DNA of 63,244 nt, counting the filler, from Thraustochytrium aureum (Eukaryota): assembly GCA_012862495.1 (NCBI GenBank). It is 8 parts of 3 records of this genome, joined end to end, with 100 filler letters (N's around TTAATTAATTAA, not from the genome) between each part and the next. Parts side by side here need not be neighbours in the genome. Positions count along the whole stretch, not along the records: positions 34,367 to 53,782 come from BLSG01000232.1; 7 more parts are not named here. One strand, 5' to 3'. Both the position numbers and the translations under genes were made by a program. Below, piece by piece: positions 34,924 to 45,902 of this stretch. How positions within the stretch are numbered: the first letter of the stretch is position 1; every line of letters starts with the position of its first letter. The notes under the pieces were generated by a model that worked only from the letters and a program-made list of their open reading frames with translations, had not been told where the DNA came from and did not search any database.

Positions 34924-35990
34924 CTGANNNNNNNNNNNNNNNNNNNNNNNNNNNNNNNNNNNNNNNNNNNNNNNNNNNNNNNNNNNNNNNNNNNNNNNNN
35001 NNNNNNNNNNNNNNNNNNNNNNNNNNNNNNNNNNNNNNNNNNNNNNNNNNNNNNNNNNNNNNNNNNNNNNNNNNNNNNNNNNNNNNNNNNNNNNNNNNNN
35101 NNNNNNNNNNNNNNNNNNNNNNNNNNNNNNNNNNNNNNNNNNNNNNNNNNNNNNNNNNNNNNNNNNNNNNNNNNNNNNNNNNNNNNNNNNNNNNNNNNNN
35201 NNNNNNNNNNNNNNNNNNNNNNNNNNNNNNNNNNNNNNNNNNNNNNNNNNNNNNNNNNNNNNNNNNNNNNNNNNNNNNNNNNNNNNNNNNNNNNNNNNNN
35301 NNNNNNNNNNNNNNNNNNNNNNNNNNNNNNNNNNNNNNNNNNNNNNNNNNNNNNNNNNNNNNNNNNNNNNNNNNNNNNNNNNNNNNNNNNNNNNNNNNNN
35401 NNNNNNNNNNNNNNNNNNNNNNNNNNNNNNNNNNNNNTGCTCATGCATGCATCAGGAAGGAAGAAGATGGTCGTCGTCGTCGTGGACGCGACCTGCGCAC
35501 TGCAGAGCCGAGCACGGCACGAGGGAGGCTGCCGAGCATGCAGGCGCGCTCGAGGCGCCCGGCGGTGGCCCACCAACGCGCGCAGATGAGGCGAGCCCCG
35601 CGCCGAGGCTGCCGAGGACTCCGGCGCACTCGGGACGTAACGTGACGGCGGCAACTGATGAGAGTAGAGTACCGGGTAGGCCTGCTGGCACTTTGTGTAG
35701 AGTACTCTGCCTGCAGGGCCTCCACCGCCATCATGGCGCGCATCGACTCGTTCAGGTGGCTTGTACCACCCGTGGTGACCCATGAACTCGTTCATCGACA
35801 TGAACCACGTCAATCGATCAGCAGGATCATGTCCGATCACTGCCACAGACAGTCCGACTCGCAGCAGAGCTCCATCAGACACCCGCTTCGAGTCTGCGCG
35901 GTTGTCGATTGCCGAGTTCGGAGAGTGGCGCAAGGGCTTCGAGGCGGTTGCAAAGGCGGCGGGCCTGCTTGAGCGTGCCGTGGAGACAGG

Positions 35991-37366
35991 ATGGCGCCGA
36001 TGCGTCGCGTGTTTGTGGTGGGCGTCGGGATGACGCCGTTCACCAAGCCCAAGAAGGACCCCAAGGAGGGCTCGCAGTTCCCCGACCTGGCCAAGACTGC
36101 CATTGAGCGCGCCCTTGAGGACGCGTGCCTTGCGGAGGAGCGCAACAAGGTCGAGGCTGCCTTTGTTGGGTGCCTATTCGACGTTGGCGCGGCGCAGCGG
36201 TGCCTGTACAACGCTGGGATCTTCGACGTGCCGATGGTAAGTTGATTTGGCAGGACAAATAACGCGGTCAAGCCTGGCGCTTGCGTAGGCGCTTCGTAGG
36301 CAGGACAACTGACACGCGCTATTTGCTGCAGCTCACGTGCAACAACGCTTGCGCGACCGGGTCAACTGCGCTGGCCCTGGCGCGCCAGAGCGTCATGTCG
36401 GGGGTCCACGAGTGCTGCATCGCCCTTGGCGTCGAGAAGATGAAGCCCGGCTCTCTGGGCGGCGGCGGCGGCGGCGGCGCCTCGGCGCTCGACATTCACT
36501 ACCAGGTCATGGCCAAGGCCTGCGGGTTTGCCAAGGCGCCGCCCATGGCCCAGTTCTTCGGCAACGCTGGCAAGGAGCATATGCAAAAGTACGGCACCAA
36601 GCCGGAGCACTTTGCCATGATCGGCGAGAAAAACCACCGCCACTCGGCCAACAACCCGTACTCGCAGTTCCGCGACGTTTACACGCTCGAGCAGATTCAA
36701 GGCTCGCCCGCTGTCTTCGACCCCATCACAAAGCTGCAGTGCTCGCCCACCAGCGACGGCGCCGCGTGCGCCATCGTCTGCTCCGAGGAATTCGTCGTCA
36801 AGCACGGCCTGCAGGGCCAGGCGATCGAGATCATCGCCCAGTCGATGCGCAGCGACAGCGCGAGGGCGTTTGCAGAGCCCATCTCGATGATCGAGCTCAT
36901 CGGCTCCAGCATGGCCCGCAACTGCGCCAACGACGTTTACAAGCAGTCCGGTCTCTCGGCGGCCGACGTTGACGTCGTAGAGCTGCACGACTGCTTTTCT
37001 TGCAACGAGCTCATCACCTACGAGGCCCTTGGCCTGGCGAACGAGGGCGAAGGTGGCAAGCTCATCGAGTCTGGCAACGCCACGTTTGGGGGCAAGTACG
37101 TCATCAACCCTTCGGGCGGGCTCATCTCCAAGGGCCATCCGCTTGGCGCGACGGGGCTCGCGCAGTGCTCTGAGCTTTGCTGGCAGCTGCGGGGCGAATG
37201 CGGACCTCGACAGGTCCAGGGCGCCAAGGTCGCCTTGCAGCACAACCTTGGCCTTGGTGGCCAGTGCGTTGTGACCATGTACCGCAAACCGCAGGAGTGG
37301 GTCTCGGCCAAGCCCAAGCGCGCGCGCTCGCTCGCCATGGGGCCGGCCGTTGCCTCAAAGCTCTAG
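35991..37366 (+). CDS. Peroxisomal SCP2/SCPx-type thiolase without an SCP2 domain; exons 35991-36236 and 36332-37366
   Basis: [19 protein letters not shown] (catalytic Cys), [46 protein letters not shown] and C-terminal SKL (PTS1). Phase-0 intron GTAAGT...CTGAC...GCAG. Confidence 0.95.
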
Positions 37367-38321
37367 CAGAGCAATCGCACGTTTCCCATCAACGCAACAA
37401 AAACCACTGTTGCTCATCCCAATGGCGTTGATGTTTTTTATAACTTCTAGCTAGCTAGTCGCGCCGCGTAGGTAACGCTTCCCGTGTCTTGGAGCGCTGC
37501 TGTCGAGCACTGTTTCAGAGTTTTGCAGAGAANNNNNNNNNNNNNNNNNNNNNNNNNNNNNNNNNNNNNNNNNNNNNNNNNNNNNNNNNNNNNNNNNNNN
37601 NNNNNNNNNNNNNNNNNNNNNNNNNNNNNNNNNNNNNNNNNNNNNNNNNNNNNNNNNNNNNNNNNNNNNNNNNNNNNNNNNNNNNNNNNNNNNNNNNNNN
37701 NNNNNNNNNNNNNNNNNNNNNNNNNNNNNNNNNNNNNNNNNNNNNNNNNNNNNNNNNNNNNNNNNNNNNNNNNNNNNNNNNNNNNNNNNNNNNNNNNNNN
37801 NNNNNNNNNNNNNNNNNNNNNNNNNNNNNNNNNNNNNNNNNNNNNNNNNNNNNNNNNNNNNNNNNNNNNNNNNNNNNNNNNNNNNNNNNNNNNNNNNNNN
37901 NNNNNNNNNNNNNNNNNNNNNNNNNNNNNNNNNNNNNNNNNNNNNNNNNNNNNNNNNNNNNNNNNNNNNNNNNNNCTAACTCTTCGATCGACACAAACTC
38001 AGAGTAGAGATCCGTTGGTGTGGCCGTTGCCTCTGCAGCCAATGCGGCGGCACGAAACACTACGCGAGCAGCGCAGAGCGCTTGGCCTCTTCCGTCTGAG
38101 TGGAGGCCTCTCTAGCTAGCTCGCGAGTCAGTGTTGCCACTTGCTCTCTCCCAGAGCAAGTGCTCCTCGAAAGCGGGCGAGAGGGTGCTTGCACCATACT
38201 TCAACTGCGCCTCAAACCCAGCTACCTATTGTAATTACTCTTTCAAGTTGCATGTTTCGTCGCCCACAGACCCGAATCTCGGCCAGGAGGCGGCGCGGGG
38301 TGAGGCCAAGCCGGCGCAGCG

Positions 38322-40064
38322 ATGGGGCGCTCAAGCGCGCTCGGTGCCGCTCTGCTTCAGCTCGCCTTGTCTGCACTTTCACCTCAGGCGCGGGCCGGCT
38401 TTGTGGTAACCAGCGGCTGGGAGCCCGGGGTCATTGATGAGTATGTTACTGCGCGCTTCCGGTTTGGGAGCGAGTTCAAAGCAGGGCCCCAGCAGCAGCT
38501 TGCGTGGCTTTCTGTCGAAACCTTCGAAGCTATGTGCAAAACAGGAGTTACAGCAGACCTCATAGCGAGGTTTGCTGGCAAGGTGCTGCTCGCCACCGAG
38601 AGTCGCGCACTGTCGTGCATGGGGCAATGGGGCACCTTGAATGACTTTGACTTTCTTGCACCGTGGTGCTCACTGAACGCGACGCTGCTCCGCGCGTACT
38701 CGAGCGACTTTCCAGGGATATACGGCAACTGGCATGACGGCTCTCGGTTTGAGGACCTCTATGCAGCGGACAGCTCCCTGCGTGACTGTCAGCTCCTTGA
38801 ATTCCGCGCCTGGTCGAGCAAGGCAATGGCGCTTATTGAGCACCTCGAGCTGCACGCTGCCCCGGATGGAACCACCAACATATCTGTCACCGTGCAAGGC
38901 GACGAAAACAGGGCTGTCAAGGTCTTCGAGTCTATTCCAGTGCAGGTTCTATTTCGCGGCGTGGTGTTTTTGTTTGCATCGTTCAACGTTTTGCTAGCCG
39001 TTCGGTGTCTAGTTGTTCGGCTCAAGGCTCAGAACGCAAACTGGAAGGTGGTATTTGTGCTGGTCGTGTGCGGGAGCCGCGATCTCGCGCTGGCAATACT
39101 TTTCTTGCACGGGCCTCATGGAACAACGCAAAACCTGCGTTCGCATGTTCTCATCGTGACATTCTGGGGATTCAAAGGCAGCAACGTGGCGACCTCGTTT
39201 TTCGTGGCGATGCAGTACAGTGAGATCGCACAGATTCTCGTATCTCCAGCAACGGGAAGACAAGGGCAGCAGAACATGCCGAGAAGCAAACCAACTCGTG
39301 CGCATGTGTTCTTCTTCTCGGCTGGGGCGGTGTTGCTTTTGTTTGACGTGCTCTTTTCTGTAGTTGCTGCTCGCATGGCGAGTCACATTATTGACTCGTT
39401 CATCTTCACCTTAACGGTGACCGTGGTGGTCTTTCACGTGTGTGTGATTGCGTATCTTACTATGAAGATGTCCTCGGTCGCGACGATTCTCGGCGAAGCT
39501 TCTCTCATCGAACGCGCAATTCACATCAACACTGCAACAGTAGCGCCATCATCCACAAGGAATGGACCAGCTCGAACTGCGCGAGGCGACAAATCAGCTG
39601 GTCATGACGACGGTCATACCGATACAAAACGGGTATCCCGTGCAAGCACAACATTTGCTTCGCTCCGGAAGTCCCGTACTGCCGAGCTTGAGCGCAGGCT
39701 TCGATTTTGGCTGCGCACCTACATTGTGGCCGGCGTTCTCAATCTCATTACTATCAGCCTCCCGGTCCTAGGCGTTTACGAGCGGCATCCTGCGCTGTGG
39801 GTCTTTACCTTCTTCACGTTTGATGTCACCAACCTGACAGCGACGCTTGCCCAAATCAAGGTCTTCGAGCCAATGAGCAAAGGGAAACGCACCCCACTGG
39901 GCAGGAGCCAATGCAAATCGATGCGGCGGATCGGCGGCGCGAGCCTCGCAAACCGTTCTGCAGTCCTCAAGGGATGCAGTTTCGCTTCATTGAGCGACTC
40001 TGCGCACTGTCTTGCATCGAGTTCGTTTCCAGGGAGGCTGGCGACAACAATACTTACTCGGGAG
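38322..40064 (+). CDS. Orphan 7-transmembrane receptor-like protein with signal peptide and ~180-aa ectodomain (3' end runs into a gap)
   Basis: Signal peptide MGRSSALGAALLQLALSALSPQARA. Seven hydrophobic segments, a long basic Ser/Thr-rich loop between TM5 and TM6, and a Ser-rich tail. Confidence 0.65.
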
Positions 40065-41048
40065 NNNNNNNNNNNNNNNNNNNNNNNNNNNNNNNNNNNN
40101 NNNNNNNNNNNNNNNNNNNNNNNNNNNNNNNNNNNNNNNNNNNNNNNNNNNNNNNNNNNNNNNNNNNNNNNNNNNNNNNNNNNNNNNNNNNNNNNNNNNN
40201 NNNNNNNNNNNNNNNNNNNNNNNNNNNNNNNNNNNNNNNNNNNNNNNNNNNNNNNNNNNNNNNNNNNNNNNNNNNNNNNNNNNNNNNNNNNNNNNNNNNN
40301 NNNNNNNNNNNNNNNNNNNNNNNNNNNNNNNNNNNNNNNNNNNNNNNNNNNNNNNNNNNNNNNNNNNNNNNNNNNNNNNNNNNNNNNNNNNNNNNNNNNN
40401 NNNNNNNNNNNNNNNNNNNNNNNNNNNNNNNNNNNNNNNNNNNNNNNNNNNNNNNNNNNNNNNNNNNNNNNNNNNNNNNNNNNNNNNNNNNNNNNNNNNN
40501 NNNNNNNNNNNNNNNNNNNNNNNNNNNNNNNNNNNNNNNNNNNNNNNNNNNNNNNNNNNNNNNNNNNNNNNNNNNNNNNNNNNNNNNNNNNNNNNNNNNN
40601 NNNNNNNNNNNNNNNNNNNNNNNNNNNNNNNNNNNNNNNNNNNNNNNNNNNNNNNNNNNNNNNNNNNNNAGGCCTACTTCCGAGCACAGTGTTCAGAGAA
40701 CTCTGACCTCATGAAGCTGGGTACTCCATCGAAAAGCCAGGAAGGCAATCACGCGCGAGGCATCATGGTCCGATCAGAAAACCGTCGGTGCATGTCGACG
40801 TGGGCCCTTTGCCCTACCCAGTCGCCAAGCGCCCAATCGTCGAGCGCACGCGTGCCCGCACGGCACTGATGGGCATTGCACCGATGACAAGCACGCTCAC
40901 GCCCGCAGTAGGACCAAGTACTCTCTACGAAATAGGCTCACATTTGCGGTGTATTCTGCGAGCCACCAGAAACGAAGGCCACTGCTGCGCGCGTTAACGG
41001 AGAGCTGAGGGCCTGGGGCCACGCGACGCGCGAGTCCCGCTCTCTACC

Positions 41049-43157
41049 ATGGCGCTCAGCTGCGGCCATGGACTCTGTCTTGATCTCGCGGACGACTCGG
41101 GGATGACCTGCGACGGGCCCGGATGTGGCGGCGGGGAGATCGACCCAGGTGAACCCCTGCTCGGGTGCCGCGAGTGCAACGTTGACTGGTGCGTCCGCTG
41201 CGTCACGGCCGACAAGGTCTGGGAGGCCCACCGAGACGCGGCGCGGTGGACCCAGGCACACCGTGACGCTGCCAAGGGAAGCGCCTACGCCACTGCGGAA
41301 ACGTGTGGCCGCGACGCGGTGGGCTGGGCGCCGACGCACTGGGCGGCGTGGTCGGCCAAGCTGCCCGCCAAAGATTTCGTTGAAAAAGGGTCTTGCCGGG
41401 CTCGAGCAGGCCGACAACAGCGGGCAGACCCCCTTCATGGTACTTGCGCGACATGGTGCGCCGGGCTATGTTCGGGCCGTCCTGGACGCAGCCGGGCAGC
41501 CCCTGAAAACCGCCTTGGTTTCTGCCCTTGACGAGGGGCGCCGGTCTGCGCTGTGGCACGCCTGCCTTAGGGGTCCCGTCGACGCTGTCAAAGCAATGCT
41601 GGGAGCAGTTGGGGGTGACAACGCCGACGCGGATGTTGTGAATGGGCAGGACGATGGCGGGCTGTCACCTCTGCACGTTGCGGCGCTTCGCGGCGAGGTC
41701 GAGATTGTGCGTGCCCTACTCGAGCATGGCGCCGACGCCAACGCCTCAAGCTCAGATGAGCTCACCCCGCTCGCTCTCGCGGTGCAGAGCGAAGCCGCCC
41801 CGCGCTGTGTCGAGCTCGTAGTTGCAGCTTTGCTGGACGGCGGGGCGCGCGCGGACCGCGGCGCGTCGCCAGAGTCAAACGGCATGTCGCCACTGCTCGT
41901 GGTTGCGGCGGAGCGGCGCCTGGAGCTCGTCAAGCTCCTTGNNNNNNNNNNNNNNNNNNNNNNNNNNNNNNNNNNNNNNNNNNNNNNNNNNNNNNNNNNN
42001 NNNNNNNNNNNNNNNNNNNNNNNNNNNNNNNNNNNNNNNNNNNNNNNNNNNNNNNNNNNNNNNNNNNNNNNNNNNNNNNNNNNNNNNNNNNNNNNNNNNN
42101 NNNNNNNNNNNNNNNNNNNNNNNNNNNNNNNNNNNAGCTCGTCAAGCTCCTTGCGAGCAGCGCGACGGCGGACCTGCTTGGCAGGGACGACCAGGGCAGG
42201 AGCGCGCTCATGCTTGCCGTGATGTCCCCGGAGCCCGAGTCGGCCTCTGCAACTGAGGACCCCGCTGCGCCTGCGGAGGCCGTGGCGGAAGCTCTGCTAG
42301 GTGCTTGCCCCGCTGACGCGTTGGAGGGCCTGCTCGAGCTGCGCGACGAGGACGAGGGCCTCACGGCTCTGCATATCGCCTGCGAAGAGGGCGAGGCCCA
42401 GGCCGCTTTAGCAATATTGTCGCGATGCCCGGCCCGGCTGGTCGACTGTGTGACCAAGACTGGCGTCCGCCCGCTGCATCTTGCCAGCAAAGCAGGCCAG
42501 GTCGAGTTGGTCGAAGCGCTTCTTGGCCGCGGCGCGAGCGCGTCAGCCCCTACCGCTGCAGACTCGGGCGGCTACACGCCACTCCATTTTGCAGCGCACT
42601 ATGCCGGCGCGAATGCTGCGAAGACTGTCTCTGTGCTCCTCGAAGCGGGTGCTGCAGCGACAACGGCAACAGAGGGCGAGGGGCTCACGCCACTTCACCT
42701 CGCAGCGCTGTTCTGCGACGTCTCGACCTGCGTGGCCCTGATCGAGGAGGGTGGGGCAGACGTCAATGCCGTAGACCGCGATTTGGACACGCCCTTGCAC
42801 AATGCTGCGGGCAAGCAAGAGGGCGACCAGGACGACAGGTTGCCTATCGTGGAGATGCTGCTAGATCGGGGGGCCGAGCTGGAGCGGGCCAACAGGAAGA
42901 GCTTCACCCCGCTCGCCGCGGCCGCTGCCGCGGAGAACCGCTCCATTGCGGCCCTGCTGATTGGACGAGGCGCCAAGGCTGTCGTCAAGCCGGACGAGGC
43001 CGCCTTGCCAGCGCAGGCGGCTGAGGCCTCGGCGAAACGGCCCAAACGCGGCGCGCAGGGCCTCCGAAAGAGCAAGAAAGCCAAGCAAGCGAGCAGCGAC
43101 CCTTCTTCGTCGTCGCCCAGCGAGACGATGCCCAAGCCACGTCCGAGCGACTCTTGA
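41049..43157 (+). CDS. Ankyrin-repeat protein with an N-terminal ZZ/C1-like Cys-rich zinc finger
   Basis: CGHGL...CDGPGC...CRECNVDWCVRC followed by many GxTPLHxAA repeats. Frameshift at the run 41383-41390. The gap 41942-42135 is flanked by the same 18-mer, and merging the two copies restores the frame. Confidence 0.88.
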
Positions 43158-44079
43158 GTCGCCCGATCTCGTCGCCCAACGCTCACGGCGTTCCTTCCTC
43201 TTACTAAAGCGCTCGCCGCAGGCCAAAATCCTCTCGTATCTGTAACCAACCAAGCAACGCAACAGCGCGAGCGCCTGCATGCATCCCAGTAAGTACCCTC
43301 CATCGAGGCCACCATCCGAGGCCTCGTTCACGGCGTCCGCCGCCACCACCACCACGACCACGACGACCACCAGCACATCAGAAAAGCGCACCAATTCTTC
43401 CAGCGACCAGCCAGCCACCACGGCCAGCCAGCATCGCAAGAGCCCGTNNNNNNNNNNNNNNNNNNNNNNNNNNNNNNNNNNNNNNNNNNNNNNNNNNNNN
43501 NNNNNNNNNNNNNNNNNNNNNNNNNNNNNNNNNNNNNNNNNNNNNNNNNNNNNNNNNNNNNNNNNNNNNNNNNNNNNNNNNNNNNNNNNNNNNNNNNNNN
43601 NNNNNNNNNNNNNNNNNNNNNNNNNNNNNNNNNNNNNNNNNNNNNNNNNNNNNNNNNNNNNNNNNNNNNNNNNNNNNNNNNNNNNNNNNNNNNNNNNNNN
43701 NNNNNNNNNNNNNNNNNNNNNNNNNNNNNNNNNNNNNNNNNNNNNNNNNNNNNNNNNNNNNNNNNNNNNNNNNNNNNNNNNNNNNNNNNNNNNNNNNNNN
43801 NNNNNNNNNNNNNNNNNNNNNNNNNNNNNNNNNNNNNNNNNNNNNNNNNNNNNNNNNNNNNNNNNNNNNNNNNNNNNNNNNNNNNNNNNNNNNNNNNNNN
43901 NNNNNNNNNNNNNNNNNNNNNNNNNNNNNNNNNNNCCAGCCACATAGCAGACCCCCAACGCCAAGCAACGCGCAGCAGCAGCAGCAGCAGCGGCAGCAGC
44001 AGCGGCGGCAGCGGCGGCGGCGGCGGCGGCGGCAGAAGGTTGTGGTGCATGGGGCGAGGGCGCGACAGGCTTGGCAAGG

Positions 44080-45902
44080 ATGTTGATGGCGAGTTCGAGG
44101 CGGTCTTCGGCGCTCGTGGGCGTGGCGCTGCGAAATGCTGGCCGGGGCTGCGCTGCGAAGGCCGGGGATGCGAGATGCAGAGACGGTGCGCGAGCTCGGA
44201 AGGAGCTGCAGATGGGACTCAACGCTTGGCGCAACCGGTCGCGCGGACGACGTCGTCTAGCTGGCCGCCGGACCTGTCGGAGAGCCTGATGGGCGCGACG
44301 GTGCCGAAAAGGTTTTCCGGGATCGAGGGCGGGCTGGACCTGCTGCGAAGGGAGGCCGTGCTGGACGAGTACCTGCGCGGGATCCTCAACGCGCAGAGCG
44401 TCGTGTACGATGTGGCCATCGAAACCGACCTGATGTACGCGCACACGCTGTCCAAGCTGCTGGACAACCACATCTACATCAAGCGCGAGGACCAGCAGCC
44501 CGTGCACTCGTTCAAGCTGCGAGGAGCGTACAACAAGATCGCCTCGCTACCTGACTACTCGAAGGGCATTGTGGCGTGCAGCGCCGGCAACCACGCCCAA
44601 GGCGTTGCGCTTGCTGCCACGAAGCTCGGCATCGACGCCGTGATTGTGATGCCCACCGCGACGCCCAAGATCAAGGTCGACTCTGTCCGCAAGCACGGCG
44701 GCAACGTACTACTGCACGGGGTCAACTACGACGAGGCGCAGGCCGAGGCCATGCGGCTCGCCGCTGAGGGGCGCATTCTGATCCATCCGTTTGACGACCC
44801 CATGGTCATCTGCGGCCAGGGCACCGTGGGCATGGAAATCGTCAAGCAGCTGCCCACAGCGCAGCAGGAGAACCTCGAGGCGGTCTTTTGCTGCGTCGGC
44901 GGTGGCGGCCTCCTCGCCGGGGTGAGCGTGTACATGAAAAAGCTGATGCCGCACGTCAAGATGATCGGCGTGGAGGCCAAGGACGCCGCCGGCATGGCGG
45001 CGTCGCTAGCAAAGGGCGAGGTCGTCACCCTCGACCAAGTGGGCCTCTTTGCAGACGGGGCCTCGGTGCGCACCGTGGGCAAAAACACGTTCCGGCTCGT
45101 GCAGCAGCTCTGCGACGGCATCGTGACCTGCAGCACCGACGAGATTTGCCAAGGCATCAAGCTTGGCTTCAACGAGAGCCGCGTCGTGCTCGAGCCGGCT
45201 GGGGCGCTGGGGCTCGCGGGCCTCGTGCGCTACGTGCAGACGACGGGGATCAAGGGCAAGACCCTGATCGCCATTGCCAGCGGGGCCAACATGGACTTTG
45301 ACCGGCTTCGCTTTGTGTCGGAGCGCGCTGACTCGTCCGAAAACTTGGTGGGTGTGAGCATCCCCGAGTCCAAGGGCGCATTCTGGTCGCTGTACGAGCG
45401 CATCTTTCCGCGCAATGTGACCGAGTTTTCGTACCGCTACAATGCGGGGAGCCCAAGAGCCAACATCATCCTCAACTTTCAGGCCTCTGGCCCAGACGAC
45501 AAGGCCGCCGTGATCTCCGCGCTGCGCAACGAGGCTGGCTACGAGGTCGACGATTTCGCCGACAACGACCTCGTCAAGACACATATCCGCTACATGGCGG
45601 GAGGGCGGGCCCTGCAGCCCGGCGAGGAGCGCCTCTTTCGCTTTGAGTTTCCGGAAAAGCCTGGCGCGCTGCGCCAGTTTCTCTCGGCTCTCCACGAGCA
45701 GGATCGCGACTTTAACGTGACGCTGTTCCACTATCGCAACCACGGCGCTGATGTGGGCCGTGTCCTGGTTGGCTTGCAGGTGGGCAACGACGTGCGCGGG
45801 GAGGCCTCCCTGCAAGACTTTCTCGCCAACCTCGGGTTCTTTTACGTCGAAGAGACCGCGAACGACGCCTTCCACAAGTTTCTGCTCCAGGCCCCGGCTT
45901 GA
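44080..45902 (+). CDS. ilvA: Biosynthetic threonine dehydratase (threonine ammonia-lyase) with a probable mitochondrial presequence
   Basis: KREDQQPVHSFKLRGAYN (PLP Lys), SAGNHAQGVA, GGGGL, EPAGA, SGANMDFDRL, and regulatory ACT-like domains (FEFPEKPGAL, LFHYRNHG). The Arg/Ser/Ala-rich N-terminus from ATG 44080 is in another frame, so a frameshift is needed before ~44280. Confidence 0.93.
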
